Of a stretch of 64,000 nt of DNA, positions 10,393 through 25,629 are shown piece by piece. Both the position numbers and the translations under genes were made by a program. Source of the stretch: Octopus vulgaris (taxonomy: Eukaryota). The stretch lies in NCBI GenBank assembly GCA_951406725.2, contig OX597827.1, forward strand, positions 56,606,001 to 56,670,000. The letters run 5' to 3'. Numbering within the stretch: the stretch's first letter is position 1; each line of letters begins with the position of its first letter. Below the pieces are notes generated by a model. That model was not told where the DNA came from. It did not search any database and was given only the letters and a program-made list of their open reading frames with translations.

Positions 10393-11739
10393 AAATTAAA
10401 GGGTCTTTACTGATATTTTATATTGTTATAGGACCAGACAATAAAGGAAAGAAGCTTAGATAATTTAATCAATCTCAATTTATATAACTGCTATTTATTA
10501 TAGCAAAACTCAGTGGAATTTAACTATTGATATTACAAAGATGAATGTAAATAAAATAAAACTTGCCTGGTTTTGCTATGCTGTTGTCCTCCTGAGGATA
10601 GCTGTCATTTTTTTAAAAAAGTTTTTCTATAGTCTATAGATTTATTGGAGAAGGCGATGGCTAGATGTTCATATCTTTCTCAAAGGCATTTGCTGCATAA
10701 TTGAGAGAATTGATTCAACTAGGATCATCACTATCACCATTTTGGGAATCAAATTTGAAACAGACTCACAAATTTGATTCCTGAAATCATGATGATGATG
10801 ATGAGGATAACGAAGAAGAAGTCAGATCTTGGCTGAAAAAATGTTGAAGAAATTACTGAAAATATTTAATTGCTATTTTATTAACGAGTAGTTTTCACAA
10901 CTAAATACAAATACCATTAACTATGTGTTGTGAAAGAAAAATGAAAGAAGCATTAGAAAAAATGCATATGTAATATGAGTGACACTAATGTGGCAAAAAA
11001 TGTTATTTTTTAATGTAATTAAATAACACATTTTGTTTTTTTACATGCTTTATCATCATAACTATCATCATAATTATTATTATAGTAAAGTAAAGAAATC
11101 CAATGTTCAATTCTCTCTCACTTTATCATCATAATTATTATTATTATTCCATGCTGTACGTTACAGTGAAGTTAAGAAACCCAATTGTTCAGTTCTGTTT
11201 ACTGTTACTCTAAATCTCAAAAATTCCATCTCTTCATTTGTTTAGTTACCCACTATCTTAATCAAATGTTCTATTGTTTCCTCTACTGTAGCCCTAATTC
11301 TCAGTTTTGTTACCCACAATATTTTCAGTTGCCCAAACTATGTCTGTGTCCTTACTTTCCCATGTTGGTTGTTAATTAACAGCTTTTGTTTTGTCTGTGA
11401 ATATGTCAAATCACCTTTAGCTAGAGAATAGGGCATCTATAGTCTCTCATCATTTTTGGTGTGCCCTCTCAACCCACCCCTGCCAGAAGTCTTTCTCTTC
11501 TAACCTCTACCAGAAGCCTTTATCCTAGCACCACTAATGGTTGCCTATACGAAATTCCCTCTCCCCTTTCCCTGCCCTCCATCCCTATCTAGTGTCTTTA
11601 TTCTGGTAAACATAGTGATTGTGATGCAAATAAAATAAAATGACAGTGAAATGTACGCAGGTTGAGGCCTATTTGTATATTTATGATGTCTACCAAACGC
11701 ACATGCAAGCTTTCTTTTCAGAGGCAAAATGGGGTCCCC

Positions 11740-12080
11740 CATCCCTGGTTTTACCAGCCCATACCCTCAGAGTTGGCACATTGAAAGGTAGGTCTGGTGA
11801 GATTGTTGAGATGCTTGAACGGAGGCATGTACATTTGTGATGCATCCAAGAGGTAAGGCAGAGAGGCAGTTTTGCTAGGTTAATCACAGATCATCTGGGT
11901 AGGGAACAGGGCTGGGGTTGGGAGCATGGGTATACTCCTTGGTGAGAAATGGGTTGATAAAGTAATCGAGGTAGTCAGAGTTTGTGATAGAATATTTAAG
12001 CTTAGGCTAGTTCTGCAACATGGAATAGCAACCACCATCTTGGCCTATACCCCAGCTAGGTCTATCTGATGAACAGAAAG
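11740..12080 (+). mobile_element. RTE-clade LINE 5' ORF fragment (AP endonuclease N-terminus)
   Basis: HTLRVGTLKGRSGEIVEMLERRHVHL*CIQEVR... followed by GVGILL- and AY.P-like segments. Confidence 0.8.
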
Positions 12081-15000
12081 AGTAAAGTAGCAGAAAAATT
12101 AGATTTTAGTACATAACTCCAGATACAGTGATTTGCAGGTATTGTGTGGTGTAACTGTTAATGAAGTTTTTCCCTGTCAAGGAATGAATATGTGGTTCAA
12201 ATCCTGTCAGAAGTTTTGTTTCTCTTTTAAATGTTTACTATTTTGTATTGACAATCTTAACTCGTTATTTGCTCATAGTAGGAACAACAAATAATTGAGA
12301 AATCTATGAAAACACAAACAACATTACTAAGCCATGTGCATGAATATTTGTCATATCCCTTTGTTTCTATCACAAACAGCCACTTAAAAATAAGCCCACA
12401 AACATATTGAGCCATAAATCAATACAATAATCTAATAAAGAAAATATACTCTGTAACATAGTTACACTGGGAGATTACTGTAAACCCACTAGTTTATTAA
12501 ATGATAGAAATATAAACATAAAGAGACATAAAAAAAAAAAAAATCAATGGATATGTCAACTGGGGTTTTTCTTTCTGTGTTTGCTTTTGTTTTTGTCCTT
12601 CCAGTAATCTAGAAACATTTTGCTTTCAAATCAGGATTTAGCAATCATGTTTAATGGAGAGGGAAAACAAATTAAACATTTTGTTTGTCGTAGTTTCTTG
12701 CTCGCTTAACTCTGGCCATTGTAAAATTTTAGAAAGAGAAAAAACAAAAAAAACGTCTGTGATTGTGTTTAAATATGGAAATAAAAACAAGAACAAATAT
12801 TTATTATGTTTTTCCCCATGCCTTAATATCATAGAATCAGTTGTTTGATCTTCCATGATCAAAAATATCCACTGGTTGGTAATCAGCCTTATTGACTGCA
12901 GGGAACAAGATAATGGAAATTTTATCATTAGTCTCTTATCTTCTACTCGTATTATTAGACTGCAGCCATGCTGGAGCACTCCCATGAAGGTGTTTTTTTT
13001 TTCAGTCGAACGAATTTATCCCAGTACTTATTCCACCAGTCTCTTTTGGTGACCTGCTAAATTTGGATGATGAGATATTCAAACTTTTATCAGGAGTATT
13101 ATCAGAGTAAGTGAAATAGCCACAATTAGAAATCAAACATATTTTACTAATTCAATTTCTGATGGAAAAAAGAAAAAAATCCCATATTTGGTAAGGGTAA
13201 ATGACAGGAAGAGCACCATGCTATAAGAAGACGATGCCTCAATATATATTCATCTAACCCATGCTAACATAGACAAATGGATGTAAAAATAAACAAATGA
13301 ATAAAATGAGTTCATCACCTATGATACCATATGTTATTTTGCTCACTGCTTTATTGTAGTTTGATTCTTTTATTCTTTTACTTGTTTCAGTCATTTGACT
13401 GCAGCCATGCTGGAGCACCACCTTTAGTCGAGCAAATCAACCCTCGGACTTATATCTTTGTAAGCCCAGTACTTATTCTAGTGGTCTCTTTTGCCGAACT
13501 GCTAAGTTATGGGAACGTCATAAGCACATCCACATCAGTTGTTAAGTGATGTTGGTGGGGGCAAAACACACACACACACATATCAGGCTTCTTTCAGTTT
13601 CCGTCTACCAAATCCACTCACAAAGCTTTGGTCAGCCCGAGGCGATAGTAGAAGACACTTGCCCAAGGTGCCATGCAGTGGGACTGAGCCTGAAGCCATA
13701 TGGTTGGTAAGCAACCACTTAGCACACAGCCACTCCTGCGCCACAGTTACTCCTGCACCACAGGATATCTAATTCTAGGGAGAAATCAATACACTTCCAT
13801 TTAAAATCTACATCTAACTGAAACGAGGATGGCAAATTAGCAGAAATAGCACAATGTCATATTAATTATCTTGCTGTATTTAATTTCAATTCGCTAGGAT
13901 CTACATTTATATCCCTAGATCAATAAAATGAATGTCAGATTCAGTGGAGTTCATTTAATTGACCATAGTGCTACTGGCATTGTGTCTAGTTTAAAAAAAA
14001 TCGATATGGATAGGAATTAGTAAAAAAATGTATATATAAAAAGCAAAAAAACAATAGACTACTATTGCAGTGTTTGTGGGATATGTGAAGTATTAGTACA
14101 AGATATAAACCTCCAACTTTTGACAACTTCCACATTAATTATATAATAATAATGAATTTATTATAGGTGTAGGGGTGGCTGTATGGTAAGTAGCTTGCTT
14201 ATCAACCACATGGTTCCGGGTTCAGTCCCACTGCATGGCACCTTGGGCAAGTGTCTTCTACTATAGCCTTGGGCCAACAAAAGCCTTGTGAGTGGATTTG
14301 GTAGGCGGAAACTGAAAGAAGCCCGTCGTATATATGTATATATATATGTATGTGTGTGCATGTTTGTGTGTCTGTATTTGTCCCTCCCCCGCAACATCGC
14401 TTGACAACCGATGGTGGTGTGTTTACATCCTCGTAACTTAGCGGCTCGGCAAAAGAGGCTGATAGAATAAGTACTAGGTTTACAAAGAATAAGTCCTGGG
14501 GTTGATTTGCTCGACTAAAGGCGGTGCACCAGCATGGCCACAATCAAATGACTGAAACAAGTAAAAGAGTAGTGCTCAGGAGCATTACAATTCATCAGAA
14601 AAAGTAACTAAAACTGCATGAACAGAACATAGAAGTGAACAGTGAAAAAGTTTAAAAGAAAAACCAAAAAAGAAATGGAGGTAGGGAGCAACAGGTGTAC
14701 TGTTGGTGAATTTCAGGGAGCTGGGCTCCACTGAGGGGACCAGAAGTTTTGGCGATTTGCTATATTTGAGAAGATATATCAAGCTAAGTAAAATTACTGG
14801 CATCCATACGTACAGGATTGTCCTTTACAAGTGCTGGTGGCACATAAAATGTGAAGTTGTGCCAGTGCTGTGAAAAGCACCCTTGCTGGTGGCACATAAA
14901 AATCAGCCAGCACACTCTGTCAAGCGGTTGGCATTAGGAAATGTATCCAGCGGTATGTGGCAAAGCAAATTCTTTTTGCTGAACCCTAATTATAATTATA

Positions 15001-15180
15001 CTCATAATTATAAAAAGTAATATATATATATATATATATGAATTGAGATAGGGGTTGTGAGTGCAACCCACCATGGGATAACATATATCCAATATACTGC
15101 CAGTAAAGCACCTAATAAATTATGTGAATGGGTATTATCTGGTAGTTGATTATTGATTAAAGTGTATTCCTCCATTTTCT

Positions 15181-15222
<42 letters not shown>

Positions 15223-16013
15223 AAGTGACATGACTATATGTAATTAATCAGACATAAACTTACCATACAGTCTTAAAATGCATTGAAAAAGACATAATTT
15301 GAACTTTAATAAGTTGAACAACCAGAGAATTTGGCCCTGTCAGTAAAATATGATTTTTTTTTTCTATGTAAAACTCCTTTAGGCTATAACATGTACTAAA
15401 ATTTATTCAGTAACACTTTTTCCTCCAAAAACCTTTTCTGTATATGAGAATCAGCCAAGTAATATGTGACTTTTTTCACCTTTTTCTTTTTGCATAGTGT
15501 GAGTAAAATTCACCTCATGAGAACATATACATATTCGTTTCTACTCTAGGCACAAGGCTCGACATTTTTGGTGAGGGGTGGGGGGCACTCGATTAGATCG
15601 ACTCCAGTACACAACTGGTACTTAATTTATTGACCCCGAAAGGATGAAAGGCAAAGTCAACCTCGGTGGAATTTGAAGTAAGAACTTAAAGATGCTAAGC
15701 ATTTCGCCCGATGTGTTAACATTTTTGCCAGCTCACCGACTTCAAACATACACATATTTTTACAGCAAAACTATTATGTGAAAACTTTTGTTATATGAAA
15801 ACATATTTTTTATTTTTACTGTTGTATATACAACTATTTACCTCCTACGTTAAGAAATAAAAACTTGTTTTATTCAAATAGATATGGTATGAAAATTTAA
15901 TGCATTTTCAACGCTTATTATTTTTCTTCTTTGTGTGTGTATGTGTGCCGCGCGCACGTGCGTGTATGTGTGCCGTGCGCACGTGCGTGTGTGTGTATGT
16001 GTGCCGCGCGCGC

Positions 16014-16057
<44 letters not shown>

Positions 16058-16689
16058 CTAGGTGTGTGCATACTTATATTATATTGCTCTTGTGTAGGAG
16101 CATAAACATGAAGAAAACACAAAAAAATAGATTTCCTCAAATGCCCAGGAGGTTCCTTCTGTGGTATTAGATGGTTTCTGCTATCTGAATTCTAAAGAGT
16201 TAACTGACCAGCAGATACATATTTCCTCATTGGCTCAGTGAAACAATAGAAACAGAAGGTACTATATAAGTAAGATCAAATCCCAAGCCACATGGGTGCA
16301 AAAGAAAAAACAAAACACACACACACAGGGCAATGATTGTTATTATATTATTTTATTAGGAAAATGTACAAAACAATACAGATTAAGACATTTCCTTTTA
16401 ACTTCAACTAATGAACCATTTATTTATTGATCAATGCAAACCAACAACAACAGATTACAAATTGCTGAAAAAAAGTGTATTTCGAAACTACAACTTAATT
16501 AAGCACATATACATCTGTATAATTTCATATATATCTTTCCCTTGGATAACACTGGTGGTGTGGAGAGGGGAGGCTGGTATGCATGGGCAACTGCTGGTCT
16601 TCCATAAACAACCTTGCCCGGACTTGTGTCTAGGAGGGTAACTTTCTAGGTGCAATCCCATGGTCATTCATGACCGAAGGGGGTCTTTA

Positions 16690-17745
<1,056 letters not shown>

Positions 17746-19439
17746 ATTTAGAATCAATGGAAATTGGACAGATTAATCATGCAAACACAATGGAGTGTAT
17801 GGAGAGACATATATAAGCATACAATATTTTCATAATATTTATAAACAATACCACAATTTTAATCCATGTATTTCTCCCAAATATAAAGCAACAGCACAAA
17901 CAAAATACTAATAAAAATACATTTAGATTATTTCTAGATTTGTGTTTCGTTTTTTTTCTTCCATATATTTTTTTTGTTTTGGCAGAAATTTGTTTACTTT
18001 TCAAATTGTTGAATATTGCTAACTTATATATATATAGGCAGGAAGCCAGATATTTTATGGGTAGAAAAAAATTGATTAAACTGTGTAACACAGTTTTTGT
18101 CCTTAGGTAGTAACTGTTATTTCATATTTGCATACCCAACCCTCTCAACACGTGGCTATTATGCTCCCACTCTACACCTGCACATAATCAAATGCACATA
18201 TTGTCTGTCACTAGGAGGCATGCTCAAGTGGGTAAGGTCAAATAGACAAGCAAATCTGTGGTATTGAACAGAATATTTGCTCTAATGATATTTCTGATTC
18301 AGCAATTAGCACTGAATCTGTCTAAAATGTAATGTTAAATATAGGTCAGTTTGAAAACGTTGATGTTTAGGTCATAAAAGCAAAGTTTGAAGGGAATAGT
18401 AGTCATTTCCTTTGATTTCTGGATAGAAGCAAATAGGAAATAACACTTACTCTTTTTACTCTTTCATTTGTTTCAGTCATTTTGACTGCGGCCATGCTGG
18501 AACACTGCTTTTTAGTCGAGCAAATCGACCCCAGGACTTATTCTTTAGAAGCCCAGTACTTATTCTATCGGTATCTTTTGCCAAACCGCTAAGTTACGGG
18601 GATGTAAACACACCACCATCGGTTGTCAAGCGATGCTGGGGGGTGGGGGTGGGGGCAAACACAGATGCACAGACATATACACACACATACATACATATAT
18701 ATATATATATACATATATATGACAGGCTTCTTTCAGTTTCCGTCTACCAAATCCACTCACAAGGCTTTGGTCGGCTTGTGAGTAGAAGACACTTGCCCAA
18801 GGTGCCACACAGTGGGAATGAACCCAGAACCATGTGGTTGGTAAACTTACCACACAGCCACTCCTGCACCTATACTGACAAGAGACAAAAAATAAATAAA
18901 TAAAAATGACTGAAACAAATAAAAGAATAAAAGAATATATATATATATATTCTTTTACTTGTTTCACTCATTTGACAGTGGCCATGCTGGAGCACTGCCT
19001 TTAATCGAACAAATCGACTCCAAGGCTTATTCTGTGTAAGCCTAGCATTTATTCTATCAGTCTTTTTTGCAGAACCACTAAGTTATGGGAACGCAAACAT
19101 ACCAACATAGGTCGGCAAGTGATGGTGGGGGGCAAACACAGACGTACAAATACACACACACATATATATATAACAGGCTTCTTTCAGTTTCCATCTACCA
19201 AATCCACTCACAAGGCTTTGGCTGGCCTGAGACTATAGTAGCGCTCACTTGTCCAAGGTGCCATGCAGTGGGACTGAACCCAACACCATGTGGTTGGTAA
19301 GCAAGCTTCTTACCACACAGCCACTCCTGCACCTATCCACATTGCCACTTCTGTGCCTATAATATTTCTATAATTCTCAATTTTAATACGTATTTTGAAT
19401 TAGCATACAGCAGCAACTGAGACTACATATTGGATTGTA

Positions 19440-19885
19440 ATCATCATCATTCATCATTGTTCGACCGTGGTCGAGACAATGGAATTTACCATGCTACGCC
19501 AGACTTCAAGGTCCATCATGGCATTACGGAGGTCCTGTTGCTGGATGCCTGTATCCCTGGAGATTACATCAGGGTAGGAGAGTGTGCACCCTCTGGTATT
19601 GCGGGTAGATGGCTTCCAGAGGAGAAGAGTAGAAATTACCTCTTTTTCAGCTCTACAACAATATCCAGCAAACTGGACTCTCCTACCTTTCACAAGAGAT
19701 GACACAGGTGGTAGTTTCCCATATATTTGCATTTTGGTTGGATGGTGCTTCCACGAGAGATTTTGAGCTCTCATAAGGAGGCGAGTGTAGGTTCCATCCA
19801 ACTGCCTCTCAAGCTTCTTTGATAGCGTCCAGGTTTCTGAGCCATATAGTAGAATTGGTTTGACTGTGGCTTTGAAGATTTCAAG
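19440..19885 (-). mobile_element. RTE-like LINE 3' end with (TGA)n tail
   Basis: IFKATVKPILLYGSETWTLSKKLERQLDGTYTRLLMRAQNLSW...RRVQFAGYCCRA...LLLWKP...AMMDLEVWR; nearly open frame. Confidence 0.85.
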
Positions 19886-21102
19886 ATTGTAATAATGGAA
19901 TAAGCTTTGAGAGAAAGCAGTTGGGATTTATCCTAACACATGTATATATATTATTCACATACACACGTAAGCACATACACCTACACACATATATATTTGA
20001 AACAGTTGTCAATCTGACAAAATATATTTTGTGAGATTCACAGTTCTGTGTTGAAAATCTTGACTCTCAGACTTCTTGGTTTGAATTCTTTATCCATAGA
20101 TATATTACTGAAGCATTGTTTTACAACCAGGTCTCCTTCTTGTTGTTTATTCTTACCTACTTTTCTAGTGAGGGACATTTTACTCCTGTCTTTGAAAGTG
20201 GAAAAGCTGCAGACAATCTGTCGATAGGAAAAAATGATAGCAACACCATTGCTCGTAGCTAAGCAATTTTTGGAAAAGTGCAAATGTAAAGAAACATAAA
20301 TGTACACACACACACTCAGAGGATATGCTTCTTTCATTTTCCATCTATAAAATCCATTCACAAGGCTTTGGTAAGCTTGATACTATAGAAGAAGATACCT
20401 GCCCAAGATGCTGCATAGCGGGACTGAATCTGAAACCACGCAGCTATTCCCGTGTCTTTTAAGTCTTTGATATGAAGTAGTGTTTTGTGTGAGTGTAGAG
20501 GTACATACATTTGTTAATATTTAGCAGAAGTAACAGAGTGACACAAGGGGTGAGAGTTTGGTGCTTCAGCACTTATCAAACTTTTTTTGAGTACTATTTT
20601 TCCTGTTTGCATTACCAAACTTTTATACACACACACACACACACACAAATAAAGGTTACAAACCTCATTGAGGGATAGCAAAATTCTATGAAAGCACTGG
20701 TTAGTTACCTACACAAAGAATGTTGAACATTACAACTAATATTCAGCTGTAAGGTAACTATATAAACCATGGTTTATATATATTTATTCATTCTAATTAG
20801 ATAAGAAAATAGAGAGATAATTAATAAATTATTAAGCAATAATAAATCTCTGAACAAGGTATAAACAGTAACTGTATGACGATGTGAAGTATATTTGCCA
20901 TCTAAATAAGGTGGATATTACTGTAGCTTGTAGCCCCAGGAGAACGTCTCCAGCTGGCTATTGACACACTTTCTGTGCCCTATCGGTATTTGCAAAGGGA
21001 AGCCGCCCTTCCCATCGTTGACCTACGTCGATATTTGCAAGCTACAGTAACATCCACCCTTAGTGGTTAGCCATATTTAGATAACAAATATACTTCACAT
21101 AA

Positions 21103-21895
21103 TAAATTATTATTTATTAATTTAAAAAATTGACAAACATCCCTTACAGCTGTTTCAATTCAAGACCTTCAGAAAATTGATTAACAAAATGAAAAATTAT
21201 TTGGAAGTCAAATCTCGCCAGAAGTAGTTTAAGATATGCAAAATAGGTGTTTAATTCCTGCATGTTGAGTAAACGGCTGCAAGCCATTAACTGATAAAAT
21301 TTATGCATAAAGAACATAGTATAGAACATGGTATAGACCTTAGAAAGGGAGGAAGGTTGTGTACATTGGAGGAGTTGTAAAATAAGAATAGATCAATATA
21401 TTCAACTTTCGATATTTATAATAAGCAATAGATTGCCTGGAATATCTTCTAACTTAATTAAATATTAATAATAACTATGCACACTCTACATAGCAATTTT
21501 CTATTGATTTACTATGGATGGACATAATATCACAATATATGACATTTTTACCAATATATCTACTTGAGATTTTCTTATACTAAACACTCTAGTTGAACAT
21601 ATTGATCTATTCTTACTTTCCAACTCCAATGTACACAACCTTCTTCCTCTTTCTAAGGTCTATATCATATTTTATAATATGTTCTTTATGCATAAATTTT
21701 ATCAGTTAATGGTTTGCAACCGTTTAGTCAACATGCAGGAATTGAAAACCTATTTTGTATATCTTAAACTACTTCTGATGTGTTATGACTTTCAAATAAT
21801 TTTTGATTTTATTAATACATTTTCTAAAGGTCTTGAATTGAAACAGCTGTAAGGGATGTTTGTTAATTTTTTTTTATTAATAAATAATAATTTAT
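21103..21895. repeat. Long inverted repeat, ~300-bp arms (21103-21406 / 21591-21895)
   Basis: e.g. ACAAACATCCCTTACAGCTGTTTCAATTCAAGACCTT versus AAGGTCTTGAATTGAAACAGCTGTAAGGGATGTTTGT; arms diverged but collinear. Confidence 0.9.
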
Positions 21896-21902
21896 AAATT
21901 AC

Positions 21903-21930
<28 letters not shown>

Positions 21931-21933
<3 letters not shown>

Positions 21934-22570
21934 ATTTAGAACAAACAGTAAAATGTTGTCATTATAGTACTAGGTGTTTTGAATGTCAGAGCAAAGAGCT
22001 ATGAAACATTCTCATTGGATATTAATGGCAATAGATGCTATGAAAAATCATTGAAAAAAGGGGAAGTTACTTCAATAGGTAGACAAATAAAAAAATTTTT
22101 AAAAATGAAAAATACATGAGATCATATTCTCACAATACATAGACATAAACCTTCTGCATTCACGTCTACATATGCACACACACAAACATGTATAAGTACA
22201 TGCTCACACACACACAAACATATATGTATGTATGAGTACATACATACACACGTGTGGATATATGTATATATGAGTACGTACATACATACATATATGTTTG
22301 TGTGTGTATGTATTGTGAGAATATGATCACGTGTATTTTTAATTTTTAAAACTTTTTTCTATTAGAGTAACTTTCCTTTTATTCAATGGTTTTTCACAGC
22401 GTCTATTGCCATTAATAGCCAATGAGAATGTATTGTAGCTTTTTGCTTTGACATTCGAAACTCTGAGTACTATAATGATAACCTTTTACTGTTTGTTCTA
22501 AATCATAACATATATAAATAATCCCGTTTCTAATATCGAGGTCTCATTCTTTTGTTGTTACTTTTTATTA
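21931..22570. mobile_element. Fold-back Penelope-like element with hammerhead motif
   Basis: Arms ~21931-22150 / 22294-22507; ATAG-CCAATGA-GAATGT...ACATTC-GAAACTCTGAGTA-CTAT at 22415-22473; (TA)n on both sides. Confidence 0.65.
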
Positions 22571-23119
22571 TATATATATATTATCTTTTCTTTTATTCCT
22601 TTCAGTCAGTAGACTGCAGCCATGCTGGGGTACCACTTTGAAGACTTTTAGTTGAATGAATTGACCCTCGCCCCCGTATTTATTTTTTTAAGCCTGGTAC
22701 TTATCCTATTGGACTCTTTTGCTGAACCACAAAGTTACAGGGACATAAACACACCAACACTGGTTGTCAAGTGGTTGAAGGAGACAAACACACATATACA
22801 TGACAGGCTTCTTTCAGCTTCCATCTACTGAATTCACTCACAAGGCTTTACAAAAAGTGTCAGGTAGTGGGACTGAACCCAGAACCATGTGGTTGGGAAG
22901 CAAACCTCTTACCACATAGCTATGCCTGCACCTATGTATATGTAAATATACACACACTCATATATACAATTGTAAATATAAAAGTATAATTGAGAGATCA
23001 ACTACTTGAGTTATATATGCTATATATTGATTGGCATAAAAAAAAATCATTTATTATAATAATCAATTAAGAAAACTAAATCCATAATATACAACGCTCC
23101 TTGGTATTACATCATTTCT

Positions 23120-23772
23120 GTTTCTTTATTACCCACAAGGGGCTAAAAAAAAAAATGTAAAGACTGATGAAATACCTATTTCTTTATTACCCACAAGGGG
23201 CTAAACATAGAGGGGACAAACAAGGACAGACATAGGTATTAAGTCGATTACATCGACCCCAGTGCGGAACTGGTACTTAATTTATCGACTCCGAAAGGAT
23301 GAAAGGCAAAGTCAACCTCGGCGGAATTTGAACTCACAACGTAACGGCAGACGAAATACCGCTAAGCATTTCGCCCGGCGTGCTAACGTTTCTGCCAGCT
23401 CGCCACCTTAAACGGATTAAGTCGATTATATCGACTCCAGTGCGTAACTGGTACTTATTTAATCGACCCTGAAAGGATGAAAGGCAAAGTCCACCTCGAC
23501 GGAATTTGAACTCAGAACGTAACGGCAGACGAAATACCTATTTCTTTACTACCCACAAGGGGCTAAACACAGAGAGGACAAACAAGGACATACAAACGGA
23601 TAAAGTCGATTATATCGACCCCAGTACATAACTGGTACTTATTTAATCGACCCCGAAAGGATGAAAGGCAAAGTTGACCTCGACGGAATTTGAACTCATA
23701 ACGTAGTGGCAGACAAAATACTGCTAAGCATTTCGCCTGGTGTGCTAACGTTTCTGCCAGCTTGCCGCCTTA
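23120..23772 (-). mobile_element. Tandem/nested cluster of SINE 'family B' (3-4 copies)
   Basis: Repeated CCCGAAAGGATGAAAGGCAAAGTCGACCTCGGCGGAATTTGAACTCAGAAC (B-box GAGTTCAAATTCC on the - strand; central GCCTTTCATCCTTTCGGGGTCGATAAA resembles the Deu/Nin-type SINE domain). Other copies: 3995-4200, 15535-15740, 41380-41595, 44905-45120, 46395-46595, 56948-57162, 58328-58560, 59798-59995, 62527-62755, 63455-63667. Confidence 0.85.
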
Positions 23773-24313
23773 TTACATCATACCATAAGCATGGAGGGAT
23801 TGGAGAACCTGTAAATTCATGTTTTGTTTCAGTAGTGTTGCACTTTGCCCAAGGGTAAAAGCACTGAAAAATAAAACTTCATTCCTTGACCCAAATAACT
23901 GTTAGAAGTACAGGTGAGGGAGTGCAGTGACAAATGTAGGGTGAAGGGGTCATGACACAAAGATTATAAGACAGAGAAAGAGGTAGGGGAGGTAGGGAGT
24001 CAAGAGAATGATGAATTCTTTATCAGTTTTGGCAATGAGCATTCAGGTGTTTGATCAACAGAACATTTGACTCCTTAATCTTAAAGTGGCTGTGTATTCC
24101 ACAGCATTCAGATTACTCTGTCAAATGTAATGCTTATCTATTCATGTTGTTTTGAATTAATCACGTGGTTGTGTGGTTAGAAGCTTGCCTCCCAACCACT
24201 AGGATCTAGGTTCAGTCTCACTGTGTGGCACCTTGGGCAAGTGTCTTCTGTTCTAGCCTTAAACCCAAACCTTGTGAGTGGATTTAGCAGTTGGAAACTG
24301 AAAGAAGCCTGTC

Positions 24314-24344
<31 letters not shown>

Positions 24345-25629
24345 TCACGTGACCGACCAGACCATCAGATGTTGCTGCACATCGCTGGTCACAATGCGTT
24401 CGCATTGTTTTAGCCTTTGAACGACGCCACCCCACTGGCTAAGCAAGCAGGCCAACAGAAGAAAGAGTACAGCAGGGATCACCACTCCCTGCCGGAGCCT
24501 CGTAGAGCTTTTAGGTGTTTTTGCTCAATAAACACACACAACGCCTGGTCTGGGAATCGAAACCGCGATCCTACGACTGCGAGTCCGCTGCCCTAACCAC
24601 TGGGCCATTGCGCCTCCATATATATATGTGTGTGTGTGTCTTCGTTTGTCCCCCCAGCACTGCTTGACAATTGTTGACGGTGTGTTTAGTTAGCAGTTCA
24701 GCAAAAGAGACTGACAGAATAAGTACCAGGCTTAAAAAACGAATACTGGAGTTGATTCGTTCGACTAAAAATTCTTCAAAGCAGTGCCCCTGCATGGCTA
24801 CAATCTAGTGCCTGAAATAAGTAAAGGGTAAAAGATATCTTGTGGCTTCAAGACTCCAATGATATGATTGTTTATTTTTTTAGAATGACATTGTGGGGTA
24901 GGTGTGAGAGGCTGGATCTGGTCAGTTTGAACACAAAGCAAGTAGAATATTTGGGGCTGATATGCCTGGTTTAATGTAAACTCTCAAGTTGAATCAGCTT
25001 GACACAATTCCTGACAAGGATGGACTTTTGAATTACAAATTTCAAATTAACTTGAAGGTTAAAACAATACGAAGTGCATTGTGACCAGCGATGTGTAACA
25101 ACATCTGATAGCCTGGTTGGTCACGGTGATGGTGATATATGTGTGTGTTTATGCTTTCTTCAGTCTAAAAAAAAAAAAGTGCCAGTGCCACGTAAAAAGC
25201 ACCAACCGATTGTGGCCATTTGCCAACCTAGTCTGGCACGTAAAAAGCACCCACTACACTCACGGAGTGGTTGGCGTTAGGAAGGGCATCCAGCCATAGA
25301 AACATTGCCATATCAGACTGAGCCTGGTGCAGCCTTCTGGCTTCCCAGACCCCAGTTGAACTGTCCAACCCATGCTAGCATGGAAAGTGGACGCTAAACG
25401 ATGATGATGTTGTTTATATTGCATCTTTAGATATGTCCCATAAACTCACAGGTTGACTAAACATTTGAAAACAATGCCTCAACATAGCCACAATCCAATT
25501 CATTGAAATCAGGAAGGGAAAAATAAAAGTGTTATTAAAAATCAAAAAGTTAACCATGGAAGCCCATAATTCATGTGTTGAATTGCATCCTCCTCTTTTT
25601 TATTTTATTAAAATATTATAGCAAACAAA

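Noticed and set aside
12135-12210. tRNA-Asp-like segment (TTCC-CTGTCAA-GGAA, GGTTCAAATCC)
   Set aside because: No acceptor or D stem; at best a decayed SINE head. SINE heads of families A-D were likewise not called tRNA genes.
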